A stretch of 64,000 nucleotides of DNA from Phoronis australis. Lineage: Eukaryota > Animalia > Phoronida. The position numbers and the translations under genes are program-made. Below the pieces are notes generated by a model. The model was given only the letters and a program-made list of their open reading frames with translations, did not search any database and was not told where the DNA came from. Shown in pieces: positions 1 through 13,335 of the stretch. The stretch spans positions 187,789 to 251,788 of the forward strand of contig NMRA01000157.1 in assembly GCA_002633005.1 (NCBI GenBank). Direction: 5' to 3'. The stretch's first letter is position 1; every line of letters begins with the position of its first letter.

Positions 1-1016
1 TTTTAAACTCGTAACTTATCCCGCTGTCCTCCAATATGGCCGACGCGATCCAAACAAAGTGACCCAAATTTCGCCACAAAACTTGCAATAACTTTACACT
101 GCTTGCCCCGATTTTGATACTTTTTCGATTTTTACTGAGTAGAATGTACTATCTTTCCGATGATAGCAAAGTACTTTTCAGTTCAAAACGAGAGAAAAAA
201 ATAAAACCGAAAAAAAATTGGTTCGACCCATATTGGTTCCTAGGTTCGAACGGTATACGTAACAAACTTAACACCAATGCTATTTTAACATACTAAGTAC
301 GCGTAACATTCCAAAAAAATTCAACGATCACTTACTACAAACTATAAATACACTACAAATTCAAACGAATCACGAGTTATTACTAATAAAACAAAATAAT
401 GAAGACTTTTCGAGCAAGCCATAGCACATTCAGTTACAAGGAAAAAATGGCGGCGTTCAGGACAAGTTCCTGAACTGATAAGCCGGAAATGTGGGTACGG
501 AAAGAACCGATGACAGCCGGTAATTATACGCTCACAGAGAAGAGTCGAATACTGTTAAAAAATCGCTTTTGGCAAGAAAGGCGAAAAGAATATAAAGAAA
601 GGTTGTCGAAAATAAGATTTTATGTAGTATTTTCGGATACTGGAACCACATGGGCAGTTTGAGAGAAGGACTTTAAGGATTTCTGCGCGATGTATCCCGA
701 CCCAAAACACAGCCACAGACACGCCCCATAGGCTAATTCAAACCACAGGCGCCCTCAGCTTCTGATTGTCCCCAGTACATTAACTACCGTAAATTTGTTG
801 TGAACTCGCTGGAGGAGGATACCGTGAATGACATTAGAAGAAAGAACAATTGCTCATGGTTTTTTGAACACCTGTTTTATGTAAATTTATTGAGTTTTGT
901 GTTTGATATGGACGGCTGAAGTGAAGCAACCGTGGAATTTCTAGTCCCGAGTGTCATACCTTGTAATATATATATATAGCGCCTTGGGGACGATCTGAAA
1001 ATGAGGATGCCTGTGA

Positions 1017-1260
1017 TTTAAACATGATCCTGTATGAATCCCATGATGTTTCATGTCTGCCATACCTCCAAGAGAGGGTTGCTACGGAACAAACTATCAC
1101 TGGTCACTTCCCTCGGCATACAATACGGATGTAGGCTGATACGACTAACTCCTGTTGGCTTTATCAGCCATTACCCTGGGGTTGGTCACAGAACCTATCC
1201 TATATTTGGTTAGGGAGGTGCCGTTGTACCTTGAAATAGGTGAAACATTTTTATACTTTG
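1017..1260 (+). repeat. Local segmental repeat, copy 1 (~240 bp core also present at ~2517-2750 and ~4375-4610)
   Basis: Shared motifs ...ATGATC.TGTATGAAT.CCATG...CATACCTC...GGGTTGCT.CGGAA...GGTTAG.GAGGTGCCGTTG occur in all three copies. Confidence 0.8.
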
Positions 1261-1679
1261 TAAAACTGAAAATGCGTCTCATATTTATACCAAAGCTTCA
1301 AATATGAGATGAATTTTTATACTAAAATGCAAACCGTGTGTACCGTAGGTAACCTTCGGAGAGTAGAATGAGAAAAACAAGAGTCCGTAATCATATTATT
1401 TTGGACGTCTTTGCAGTTTACCGTGATTTTCTCTAACAGGTAATACACTGATGTACTAACTAGTTTTCCCTCGACAGCTTTGTGTTGAAAATCATAGCTC
1501 TAGACAAAAGTAGATCTATCATCTATTAGAGAACAACTCCACTATTCCAATTTTGCAAATGATGCAAGTTATGCAAGGACAAGCTGCGAACAACTCACAA
1601 AATATTTTTTCCCTGAGACACCTACTGTACGAATGAATGGTGGCTGTAAAAGGACGACACGGCAATTTTTTCCCGTTGC

Positions 1680-2445
1680 TAACTCTATCGATAGTCTTAT
1701 TTACTTTATCGATGGACTTACTATCCCTATCGATAGACTTATTAATTCTATCGATAGACTTACTATCCCTATCGAGAAACTTATAAACTCTATCTATAGA
1801 CTTACTATCTCTATCGATAGCCTTATTAACTCTATCGATAGACTTACTATCTTTATCGATAGACTTAGTAACTGTTTCTATCTCTATCTATAGACCTAGT
1901 AATTCTATCGATAGACTTAGTATCTCTATCGATAGCCTTATTAACTCTATCGATAGATTTAATAAGTCTATCAATAAACTTAATATCTCCATCGATATAC
2001 TTAGTAACTCTATCTATCACTATCTATAGACTTAGAGATTCTATCGATAGACTTGGTAAATATCGATAGACTTACTATCTCTATCGATAGACTTATTATG
2101 TCTATCGATAGACTTACTAGACTCTATCGATAGTTTTAGTAACTCTATCGATAAATTTACTGTTCCTATCGATTGACTTAGTAACTCTATCGATAGACTT
2201 ACTATCTCTATCGATAGACTTATTATTTATATCGAAAGACTTACTGTCTATGTCGATAGTTTAGTACCTCTATCGATAAATTTACTGTCCCTGTCGATAG
2301 GCTTAGAAACCCTATCGATAGGCTTACTAACTCTGTCGATAGACTTACTAACTCTATCGATAGACTTACTAACTGTATCGATAGACTTACTAACTCTATC
2401 AATAGACTTACTATCTCTATCGATAGATTTAGTAACTCAATCGAT
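1680..2445. repeat. ~21-bp minisatellite with palindromic core CTATCGATAG (about 35 units)
   Basis: Consensus CTCTATCGATAGACTTACTA(T/A) repeated in tandem; it produces the spurious IDRL-repeat ORF 1633-1893. Confidence 0.95.
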
Positions 2446-3130
2446 GTGTTTGGGACTAATACGATGTTTCATGACCACAGCACAGACACTGACACAGCGA
2501 CAGGCGCAACGGTTATTTAAACAGTTAAATGATCTTGTATGAATACCATGGTGTTTTATATCTGTCATACCTCCAACAGGGGGTTGCTACGGAATAATGA
2601 TCATTGGTCAGTTGTCTCGGCATACAATACAGATGTGGACACGGCTAACTCATTTTTGTCTGTATCAGCCATTATCCCGGGGCGCACAGACCCTAGATTC
2701 GGTTAGAGAGGTGCCGTTGGATATCACAATTGGCGACTATTTTTATACCTTGGAATTCTATAGTTGAAAAATTCGTTCTGGGTTTGTCGGTGTCTGGGTA
2801 AACAAGATACATATGTTGATTTCAAGTTTGACAGTATGTTGGCTTTTGCTGTGGCTCAGGAACTCGTATGTAGGCAGACTGTGGAACTCTTGAAATTGTT
2901 TTTTAATTAAATAGACAAGCTTTTTATAATGTATAAGTTGATTTGTTGTGTTACCTATTACTTAGATAAAAATACATACTGAGTATTTTGGTAACTGTAA
3001 GCAAGATAAGTGTGAGTTGGATTTAAGTTATTCTTTTTGTTTCATCAAAATTTGAATTAACTTATGTGATTTCTTGTGCTATACATGTATTTACATATGA
3101 TGACGCGGTAACTAAAACCAAGTTACACGT
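2446..3130 (+). repeat. Local segmental repeat, copy 2 (paralog of 4299-5150)
   Basis: Colinear similarity from GGGACTAATACGATGTTTCATGACC to TGATGACGCG.TAACTA with 4299-5150. Confidence 0.85.
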
Positions 3131-4057
3131 TCGTGAGATGGTTTTTAAGAGTCAACGATTCGTTGCTTTCAGAAGGTTAGACCCATCAAAAATAGCTTCC
3201 ATTTTTGAAGGTGTGCTCACCATTGCATCGAAGTGCCATGTTTTAACCGCCTTTTTATGACAGGTGCAATCAGGTTGTGTGCATTACCAGCGCGGCAGTA
3301 TTGTTAATTTATGAGAGTTGTTGTTATTGAATGATATGGAGCTACTGGATTTAAGAGTTTTATTTTTTCTAAATAAATATTCAATAATTACTATTTACGT
3401 TTCACTGCAAACATCCACATCTGGTATTATATGTATAAACAAAAAGTGTAGCATCGGAACTAACTGTTTGAATTCGTCATGAGCAATTACTTATTATATA
3501 AGAGCTCACGGGAAAAAAGGATAAAACACAATGAATCGGTGACAATAGACATATTAAAATAAAATTAAAAGGCTCTGGTGATAGCAATTACTCGTCATGA
3601 GAGAAGAGTCCAGACAACGAAAATTGATTGTCACTCGGATTTGACGTTTTGTTTGGTTAACTTTTTAAAGTATATCCTCCGACCTAGCCGTTTAAAACGT
3701 CTGGATTCAATGGCAGTTAACAACTGTCAAATTGTCCCTCGTCGTGCAGATCCATCATTTTCTACACACTTGTGGTGCATAAATCTATAATCGTGCATGT
3801 GACCTGAACCCGCGACGTGTTCTTCAACAAAACGAACCATTTCATCAAAAGCAGATATATATTTTACGGCGCAGAAGTCCATAAGTCGCCAAACACACGT
3901 CGCAATTGCATTGTGCACATTGATGCTCCAAAACGACGCACGAGTACCTTTATTATTTCATTTTGAGTCAGTCCTAGCTTAAATAAATCGACATTATGCT
4001 TGTTTAGGTCCTCCATTTTAACAGAAACCGGGGTAGCAAACAACGATATCGTAACAC

Positions 4058-4298
4058 TGTCGATAGAGTTACTTTAAGTCTGTCGATAGAGTTACTTTAA
4101 GTCTGTCGATAGAGATTTAAGTCTACCTATAGAGATAGTAAGTCTATCGATAGAGACAGTAAGTCTATTTATAGAGGTACTAACTCTATCGATCGACTTA
4201 CTATCTCTATCGATAGATTTACTGTCTCTATCGATAGACTTATTATCTCTATAGGTAGACTTCCTATCTTTATCGATAGCTTTAGTAACTCAATCGAT
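4058..4298. repeat. Second array of the 21-bp palindromic minisatellite, with an internal orientation switch (foldback)
   Basis: Left half is reverse-oriented (ATCGATAGAGATAGTAAGTCT), right half forward; switch near 4180-4190. Confidence 0.9.
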
Positions 4299-5150
4299 GT
4301 GTTGGGACTAATACGATGTTTCATGACCTACAGCACAAACACAGACACAGACACAGCGACATGCGCAACTGTTGTTTAAACAGTTAAATGATCTTGTATG
4401 AATACCATGATGATTTATATCTGTCGTACCTCTAACAGAGGGTTGCTGCGGAATAACAATCACTGGTCACTTGTCTCGGCATACAAAAAATAAGATGTAG
4501 ACACGGCTAACTCATTTTGGCTTTACCAGCCATTATCCCGGAGCGCACAGACCCTATATTTGGTTAGGGAGGTGCCGTTGAACCTCGAAATTGGCGACCA
4601 TTTTTATATCTTGGGATTCTATGGTTAAAAAGTTCATTCTGGGTTTGTCAGTATCTGGGTAAAAAAGATACACCTGAGGTAGTTTTCAGAGTTCGTCATT
4701 GTTAGTACGTTTGCATTGTTGTCTAAAATCATAGTTCTTAGATCACTGCACTGTTGATTTCAAGGTTGACAGTACGTTGGCTTTTGCGTGGCTCAGGAAC
4801 TCATATTTAAGCACCGAAGAGACAGCTGAACTGATTTAACTTTGTAGAGAATTTTGTGTAATGTATGAGTTCATTTGTTGTGTTGCGTATTGTTTAGTTC
4901 AAAGTACATATTGATTGTGGCGGTAACTATAAGCTAGAAAGGTGTAAGATAGGTTTTAGTCGTTTTTTTGTTTCAAGAAAATTTGAATTGGCATATATGA
5001 TTTCTTGTGTTATACATGTACAAATGAAATTTGAATTGGCATATATGATTTCTTGTGTTATACATGTACAAATGAAATTTGAATTGGCATACATGATTTC
5101 TTGTGTTATACATGTACAAATGATGACGCGTTAACTATAAGCAAGATACA
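4299..5150 (+). repeat. Local segmental repeat, copy 3
   Basis: Colinear with 2446-3130; contains a 48-bp x3 tandem expansion at 4982-5124 (TTTGAATTGGCATATATGATTTCTTGTGTTATACATGTACAAATGAAA). Confidence 0.85.
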
Positions 5151-6457
5151 TATAGATTATTACATTAAGAAGTCGTTATCCCCCGTTATCTAGAACCCGA
5201 GTGGATTATGGAGAATCATCGCCCGAGGGGCCACATACTGAACAAGAAATATTGCAATGAATCGATCTACATTTCTCGACTGCGAAAACACTTCGCTATT
5301 TTGAGCTTGCAAACCCCTCAAACAGTGATCAGTGACAATTTTAATAAGTGATTGTGATATGTGTTGTTTGCTTCTAACATCAGCCTACGTTGCGTTAAAA
5401 AATATATTAAGACTTACAAGTTTTGGTCGGCGGACTTCTTGCTTTCGCGACACCGCAAAGGTTATTCGACAGGCGGACTGCATTCTTTGTGTTATTATTC
5501 ACAGTATTTGGAGAATTGTTGCTTTAGGAAATTGGAATTGACGGTTGTCCATTGCAGTGGTGTTTAAATCACTCCAATTTCAATAAGTTCTATATAATTA
5601 TTCTAGTAGCGACGTGCCCGAGGCAAAATGTAAAAAGTCTGCAAAAAGGTACTCCAAGCTACTCAATAGAAAGATTTGTTTAGATTTTGCACTCCGGAAA
5701 ATACAAGAAAAAATTCTTTATGCCGCTTAGCTCGTATTGTCGTCCTTCCTTGTGCCGCCAGTCAGTCCCTTTTGCCGCCCTCACATAGTCCATACAGCAA
5801 CCTTGTGGCGGTGACACCAGGGACGGAGCTCCCAGGATATGGCACCGCATCAACATGACGTAGTTTTGCTTCGCGGTACACAATCGCGAGTGTCGCTACT
5901 CCTTCCGTCGAAACTAGTTAGAGATGAACAAACCAAAAAATCCTGAATCCGGTGGACGTTCGTTTTTTGAAAAAGTGTGCCACTAAACAAATGCCGAAAA
6001 TGTACAGAACCATCTACGACTTTTTACCTAAACATAGCGATAAACACGACTCTGTGTTTTCAGTATTTTTGCCAATTTACCACAAATAGTTTAACCTAGA
6101 GAATAAAAAGACATATATGTACATGGGCGGTGTAGTAGGTCTGCTGAAAAAAAAGTCCCCTTGCCTGTGGTGCACCGCCCATAGACCATGAGCGGCACAG
6201 CGCTGACAAAAGTGCGCCACCTATGATACAAATTGACTTACATTTTATGATTTAGCGTCCAAGCTAGTTACTCTGACTTCCCCGCAGCTAAGAACTAACT
6301 GAACGTGTTAAGTGCACGTAGAGATCGAAGTAATCAGAACAACACAAACGTATAACAGAGCGCCTCGTTTAAAATAGTGACGGATAACGGATTTCGTTAT
6401 AGGGGCGTTGAGGTCACTAGTTCACTTTCCTAGAAACATGGTGGTAACAATGTGCCA

Positions 6458-6678
6458 CTGAGATCACTTGCTTCTCACACCGAGGTCCTTTGCTCGTCAC
6501 AATGAGATCCCTTGCTTGTTACACTAAGATCCCTTGCTAGGACCCCAGGTTGGTCACACTCGGGTCCCTTGCTTGTCACACCGAGACCCCTTGCTTGTCA
6601 CTCTGGGATCCCTTGGTTGTGATACCCGGATCGCTTGCCGGTCACACTGGGCTCCCTTACGGGTTACTCTAGGATCCA
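6458..6678. repeat. ~23-bp minisatellite (GAGATCCCTTGCTTGTCACACT-like)
   Basis: About 9 degenerate tandem units. Confidence 0.8.
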
Positions 6679-7799
6679 CATTTTACTTAATCGGCATAGT
6701 TCGGAGTTTCTTCAAAATTGGACGAGCTTTTAAGAAGAACGGTAAAAAAAAGAATTTTCATTGTCTGAAATTGATGAGATTTTTACGTTCACATATGAGC
6801 GAACAAAAAGTACAGTCACGGCTAGAGACAATAACTACACAACACCAGCAGTCATAAACAAACACGATTTATTAAACCATTGCCAGATGATAGCAGGATA
6901 CATCTACATTTCTAAAAGGGAGTAGTTACAACAACTTGGCCATATCTTAGACTTAGCCAGGCTTATTCATTTAATGTAGCAGAATAACTTAAAAACTTTC
7001 AAACTCATGTTAATGGAAATTTAGAAGACAGCTTTAAGTAAGCCAAACAAATGAATGCAAATGTAAAGGTGCAGCATAGATCACTGCATTTATAATTTGT
7101 TTCAGATGAAGAAGTGAGGGATGCTGTTTTCGTCACAAGGTGTTCAGTTCTGCTAAAATATTCAAGAATTTTCTGATAGATCGTCTGAAAGGTATGTCAT
7201 GTAATTAAATTTACTTGTTTTTCAAATTTCATCACACAACATCTTTGCAAATTAAAAATTTATTTCTTGCTGATGTCAAACATATGGCAATACCTTTTCA
7301 GCTATTGTTTCTTTATTGTTTTGTGATGTCTAAACGAGATTTGCTGAGATGGGGTTGGTCGATCCTGTATTCCTAAGGACCTTTGATAGTCTCTAGTGCA
7401 AAGGAACTTTAGTTCGATGGACCGTAAGTCTGAAAGTGATTTGTGTGATTACATTACAATAGAGCTTATAGAAGACTGCTGTTTTAGTACATTTGAGCAC
7501 AATTAAGAATTATTATGAATGCAAATGATAATGACTTCCTTTCGAAGATGCACGCATCTTTCGTCATTTTTCTCTTGCCATCCTAGCCCTGCCACCGACC
7601 AATCGTGGTCATGGCAATATGGTTACCTGGCACTCTTTCATGCTTGCTAATCAGGTTTATTGCAAGATGTAATGCTCAGTGGACCAATCAGACCAATAGC
7701 CCCTCCGACCAAAGACACTTCAGAAAATCAAAAGGAAGGCAAACTCGGTTTTGACTCATCAACAAATACAAAAACGACTTTACTATCCAGTTTTCTGGA

Positions 7800-8005
7800 A
7801 CAAAATAACGGCCTGTAACTCTCGACAACTCTGAAAAGTTCGGAAAACTTAGAAACTCTTGAAAGTCAGCTAAATGGCCAAGCGCGACTACGCTTTAGAG
7901 AATTTCATGGCAACTGTGTGAAAAGACCACCGACCAAGGACCAAAAGGCGAGATAGGGGTGCAAGTTTTTAGTAATTCCAGCTCTTTCAAGATTGATGCC
8001 AATGA
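7800..8005 (+). repeat. Dispersed repeat, copy 1 (paralog at 59335-59552)
   Basis: Shared blocks CCTGTAA..CGACAAC, CAAGCG..ACTACGCTTT..GAATT.CA.GGCAAC, ACCAAG.ACCA, TTCA.GATTGATG. Confidence 0.65.
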
Positions 8006-9919
8006 TGCATGAGCAGATGGCAGGAGCAGGATTCGTTGAAATCATTAAAACATGGTTTAGTTTCCTTTTTAAGTGAAGTCAAGTTTTCACAAACAAACAA
8101 AGCTCAATTTTTCAGGTTAACACTCTTTAGAATAAAGGTCCTTTGGTCTTGAGACCAAAAACCTATACAAAGGCCACTGCTCTTAAACGTCTTTCCGACT
8201 AACTCCCCTTTTGTACTGTCGACCTGCAGGGATGCTAAAGGGGACACACCTAACAGATTTGAACTACAAAGAAATCACAAAAGTATTGTTATTATAATTG
8301 TTAATGTTATATTATTGTTTGTGTAAAATAGGCGTATTTTAGTAAGAATGTAGGATCCAAGTCTATGGTCTGAAGCTCCAGTGTTAGCTCCAAGCCTTAG
8401 TGCGACAACAAAAAATGGTTGCTCTAATGTGCAAACCTCATAGCTAAATTCATGCTCCACTGGTTACAAATATTCACCATATGAACAACACATACGCGTA
8501 AAGTATAACTAAAGATTCCATAACTAAATATATACCTCACAGGAATGATAGCTTTTGCAATGTGTGCAAGGATACCTGCCAAATGATTTCAGTTCTACTC
8601 TAAGTAAATTGTGAAAAGTGTAAAAAATGAAACTAAGTGGATACCTGTCAGGCCTAAGTTTAAGAAAATATACAACAAAATGCCTGTAATTCCCTAAAAT
8701 TAAGTCTTGGACACTGTAACAAAAGCTGTATTATGAGAGCTTTCACAATGCCTTTATTATGGAAAAGAGCATCCTGCCCAATCTTCAAACTTTTATCATA
8801 GCAAAGTGTATGTTTAAAAACTTCAATTGTATTTTCAGGCGATACACTGAATTAATGTCAACTAGAGTATGAAGTCTGGAAACTTTTAAGATATAAAGGA
8901 AAAATTTCCAAGCTATGCCATGATGCTGACAGTGATGATGACAATACGACAGTCTCCATCGTGGTGGGAAAAGAGACATTGGGATATGTTTGTGATGCTC
9001 AAAGTGATGATAGCAGGACATTTGATAATGGCGTAGTGAAGTTACCAGGATCTGCCCTTAGTAATGGTAGTGACACTGAATATTTTAAATATGTTTTTTG
9101 TTTCTTAAGCTATATAGTGCCACCTTCGTTCCTTAGGGTCTTCATCATCACCATCATCACTTCAACCACAGCCATTCAGAACCTGAGTTTTGTTAATTAG
9201 ACAATACATGTACATGCAAATGGCATTGCAGTTTTTTCAGTTTAAACATCTTTAAAAAGAACGGCTTTCAGTTCTGTAGAATTGTAGTCACTATGCATAA
9301 TAGATTTTGTATAAAGAAAGCAAACACCATTTAATCTAAAGCTGTCAAATTTTCTTTAATTACATTTTTACTGGTAATTGTTACTAAGATTGTCGGATTC
9401 TAAAATTGTGGTGACTGGAAGTCTGCTAAGATGTGCAGGATGAAACTGTTTGTGCATGCATATCACAAGCATTGTTCCTATGGATGTATATGTATCCTCT
9501 ATTTTTGGTGCCCATTACTTGATTTTAAAGATAATTATGGTATTCATAGTTCACTATGTGCAAGATCAATCAATGATTAAATGTTCATCTGTGAGACTTT
9601 TTGTTGGCGAATTAAGCAATGTCATTCAAAATGGTGCCAACGTATTTATAGAAGTGTATTTTTATCAAAGGTATCAACTTACACCCTAGAGCCTGACACA
9701 GATAGTGTCATCTGCTCACGTTTCAGAATAATAAACAGATAAAATCATCATACATTTCTAAGTTCGAAAGTTGTAAAATCTGTTGTGGACGCATACATGA
9801 TATTAAAGTGGTGTTTAGAGGAGTGTATTTTGGCACATAAAGACTTTAACCGAATGTGACACATATATACATGTAGTTGCGAGGCTCGTATATTGGGTGG
9901 ATTGTAAGAACAGTGGAAA

Positions 9920-10208
9920 ACCGGGATATATAATGTAGTGGGGCATATATCTAATAGGACATATAAAGTTGCGGGTTATATATTGTATACACCTAACGGG
10001 ACATATATACTTGCGGGCTATATATTGTACTGGGGCATATACCTAGTGAGGTATATACAAATGCGGGATATATATTGTTCCGGGGCATATACCCAATGGG
10101 GCATATATAGTTGCGGGCTATATATCTTATATATACCCCGAAAACAAGGTCTCAAAATTTTACACCACATCTGCATATAAACATGTATATATATATATAT
10201 ATATATAT
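9920..10208. repeat. GGG(C/A)ATATAT-type degenerate minisatellite followed by (TA)n
   Basis: Repeated GCGGG.TATATATTG / GGGGCATATA units; (TA)n at 10186-10208. Confidence 0.75.
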
Positions 10209-10304
10209 ACAAATACATATTTACACATTCACAATGTTAGAGTTTCCTGTCTAACACCATCATAAGCTTTTAATACGAATAAGAATAGACAGTATGTTAT
10301 AATA

Positions 10305-10460
10305 ATAAGTAATAAATGTATTTCGTCTTCAATTTCTGAGCGGTTGCAAGTTTCCCAAAGCTTCTCTTCCTTTGGAATGTCATGGTGCCTACCAGTTTCT
10401 ATTTTCAGTCGATGTTCAGAGCACCTACATTTGGCTAGTATTCTACGTTGAGTTAATGAA
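10305..10460 (-). mobile_element. 3' fragment of non-LTR retrotransposon ORF2 (CR1/L2-clade-like)
   Basis: RRILAKCRCSEHRLKIETGRH...EEKLWETCNRSEIEDEIHLLL matches the recalled LINE C-terminal motif R.S.H.L.IETGR....R.C..C....EDE.HFLL. Confidence 0.75.
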
Positions 10461-10783
10461 AAGAAGTTTGGAAGCATCCTTACTCTCGTGTGGCTTTTTG
10501 TCCCTGAAACTGTCGGCTCACCATATCAGTAACAGGTCAGTCCTATGTAGTCACTAGGTTGTTCTCTATGGTAATTTCTTATTGCATTATCTATGGCAAC
10601 AAGACAGCAACAGTTGAGGATTCAAGTGCTTCTGCCAGGATCTGAAGTTTCCGCATGAATGGAGTGCGGGTAAACAGAGGCAGGTCTACGGATGGGGTCA
10701 GGGGGTTCAAAACACCCCTCGGGACAGGATCAAAAATAAAAATTAAAAAAAATGTCGCCAGGAAAACAAAATCAACTACTAAA

Positions 10784-10913
10784 CAGGGGCGGATCCAGGA
10801 TTTTGAGTTTGGGGGCATGGCAGACATTTGCACCCCCGAGCTGCCAAATGGAATGTTGGAGAATTTTATGGGGGCATGGCCCCCTTGCCCCTTCCCTCCT
10901 AAATCCGTCACTG
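10784..10913 (+). mobile_element. MITE family B, left copy (CAGGGGCGGATCC...AATCCGTCACTG)
   Basis: TIRs; preceded by CTAAA; direct-repeat paralog at 18296-18437. Confidence 0.85.
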
Positions 10914-11549
10914 CTTACGTAAACTTTATGAAACTGGACCAGAAATGAGTTGTTGTGTCACGTGACCATCACGAGGAGGTGCTTATAAATTAGGTAGCCT
11001 CGCATAGCAAGGCGTCAGTGAGTGTTTGAAATGTAGAATTATCGCGGAGGAAAATGCCAGCGTAAAAGACAAGACGACATTTAGAACTGTCTCGGAGAGA
11101 AGTAAGCGATAAAATCTCTGTACTCGTCTAAGATGTGTGTTCAAATTTCAAAGTAGCTGAGTAACTATTTTAGAGTTTTCTAAGCTGTGCTACAACCGAA
11201 AACAGGCGGGACAGCTAACAAGCGTTCCCTCAAGCAATGGCATTTATAAAAATAACTTACGGTCATAGTTTAATGTTTGAGTATCACTTACAATCCTTTG
11301 TGAATCCTACGGATAACGAAGGGCAATATTTTAACGCACACAAATCGTCTCCCAAGTTCAAAATAATGCCACAGTTAGAACTGAATAAGTCAGTGTAGGC
11401 CTATCACTCCAGTAACCTTCAGGATTATGCCGGGGTTATTTACTTGAGTATAATGCACGTGCTGAAGGTTATTGGGATTGTTTCGCGATCGCTTTCTGCT
11501 ATTAACTGTACGATCGAAGCACACATAACTAGTAGAATTAAAAACTTAC

Positions 11550-11704
11550 AGTTTGTACTATATACTTGAGGTTCATGGCAATAGGGCCGTCCCTAGTATT
11601 TCTTCATCACTGTATTCCTGTTCGAATTGATAGCCTGTAAAACTTCACGATCCACCAGCGTAGTCGGGACTGATGAGCTCTAGCTCGGGATTGCGAGTTG
11701 CCAT
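11550..11704 (-). mobile_element. Degenerate first exon resembling the Kolobok-associated second protein
   Basis: MATRNPELE...GYQFEQEYSDEEI with stops, ending at a GTAAGT donor; the YQFEP.Y..EE-like motif is recalled from such transposon proteins. Confidence 0.35.
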
Positions 11705-13335
11705 GTTGGCGTTCATTAATTACTGAGCGTTCTGTTTCAAAATGAATTATTCTCACCCTAACCAATACTTATATAAAACTTAAACAAACTCTGTCTCATT
11801 AGATGCAATTTGTAATGCCTTTAGAGTGTTCGTGAGTGCAAATGATTTGAGAAGCAAGCAATGAATAAATCACTGCGTTACCGGCTTTAGGTGCAATAAG
11901 ACACCGAGGCCGTGTGAGCTCATGCTAATTTAGTGTTTGCTGGCAAAAACTGTTGTGAAACAACTCGATTTCCATCCAACGGCCAGATGTTAGGGGAATC
12001 TTTATTTACATTTACATTACTCAAATAATGATTGTCAATGTGCAACTTCTGCCCTGACGGTGCTGTTGCCAAAGCGGAACCTGAATTCGCGGCCCCCGAC
12101 GAGTAAGTAGATTTGCAGTTTCGTGGCTAATTCACCAACATAATCAAGTGCTCGTTTTTTTGGCTCAGTACTAGTATAGTATTTTCTTGACTGAAAACAT
12201 GCATCGTATTTTTTGACTGGAAGTTTAGTTTCCACTGAACTTTGGCTGGTTTATGTTCGTGATGTCTGATCAGTTTCCGAGCCACTGACCGCGACGGGCC
12301 TGATCGGGCTCCGAGCCACTGGCCAGGATAACAAGCGTTTTGTGTTTAGAACTAAAAAAATCACAAGTCTAAACAACACAGATCTAGGTCCTCTGTCTGT
12401 ATCTCACGGAAAATGCTTCGAAATTATCTCCGAACAGACCCCAAACTCCTGCTACGAACCTTATTGGCCTGCCGAACTTTGTAGGCTACGGTGTGTCCAA
12501 ATACCAATAAATCCGTAAGAGCGAAATAAAACAACACGTTTTTATAAGAACTCGGTGTATTTTTAAGGGTTTTACATCGAAGTTTGATGATTTATTGGTG
12601 CTAAACGATGACTTCAAGCGATAAGCTGACACCAGTAACCCGTGTTGTGAACTGCTGAACAGACTGCGTGTGAAACCGATGACGTCATTGGATAATTTCA
12701 ACACCTCCGTCTGCCGTCAGGTGTCAGGTAACGCAACCGTACGTGTCCTTAAGGAGTAGAACTACTCGATCTAAATTGATACCAATTAGGTTGTTTTTTG
12801 GGTGGCATGCTCCTGTAAGTGTTGTGTTGTGGGCTGCAACACCGGCGTGAAAACGTTTTATAAACTGGAAAAATACCCGTCGATGCGTGATCTAAAATTC
12901 TTTTGCCTTCCGGACATTAATGAGAGACAAGAAAAATGTGCTTGATTTCAAAAAACTAGACCACGTACTTTCTTATTTGCTTAATAACGGCGAATAAAAG
13001 TCATCTATAATGCATACAAACATTTCCTGTTGAGTGACAATATGAGTTGAGTGCAGTTTTCAAATGCATAATCTATGCTACTGTTACTGAGTGCCGAAGC
13101 GTGTCAGTTTGCGTTCTTTCCAGGAATCGTAATGAAAAATGCATGGAAAACTATGGCTCGACATTGTTGTTCTCAATGCAGGGTAAAGAATCGTTATCAA
13201 ATAAATACATGCAAGGTTGGTTAAATTTAATTCAACCGACATCACAACAGTCGCGTTTCAGATTACACTCTTTCCAAGAATCGCCATGAAAAAATGCTTG
13301 AAAACTGTGCCTCGGAGTTGTTGTTCTCAATGCAG

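Noticed and set aside
1680-2445. CRISPR-like array of palindromic repeats
   Set aside because: Units abut with no unique spacers, the context is eukaryotic and there are no cas genes; it is a minisatellite
7100-9520. Exon-like segments (7106-7191, ~8838-9066, ~9390-9490)
   Set aside because: They contain stops and have no consistent frame or recognisable domain
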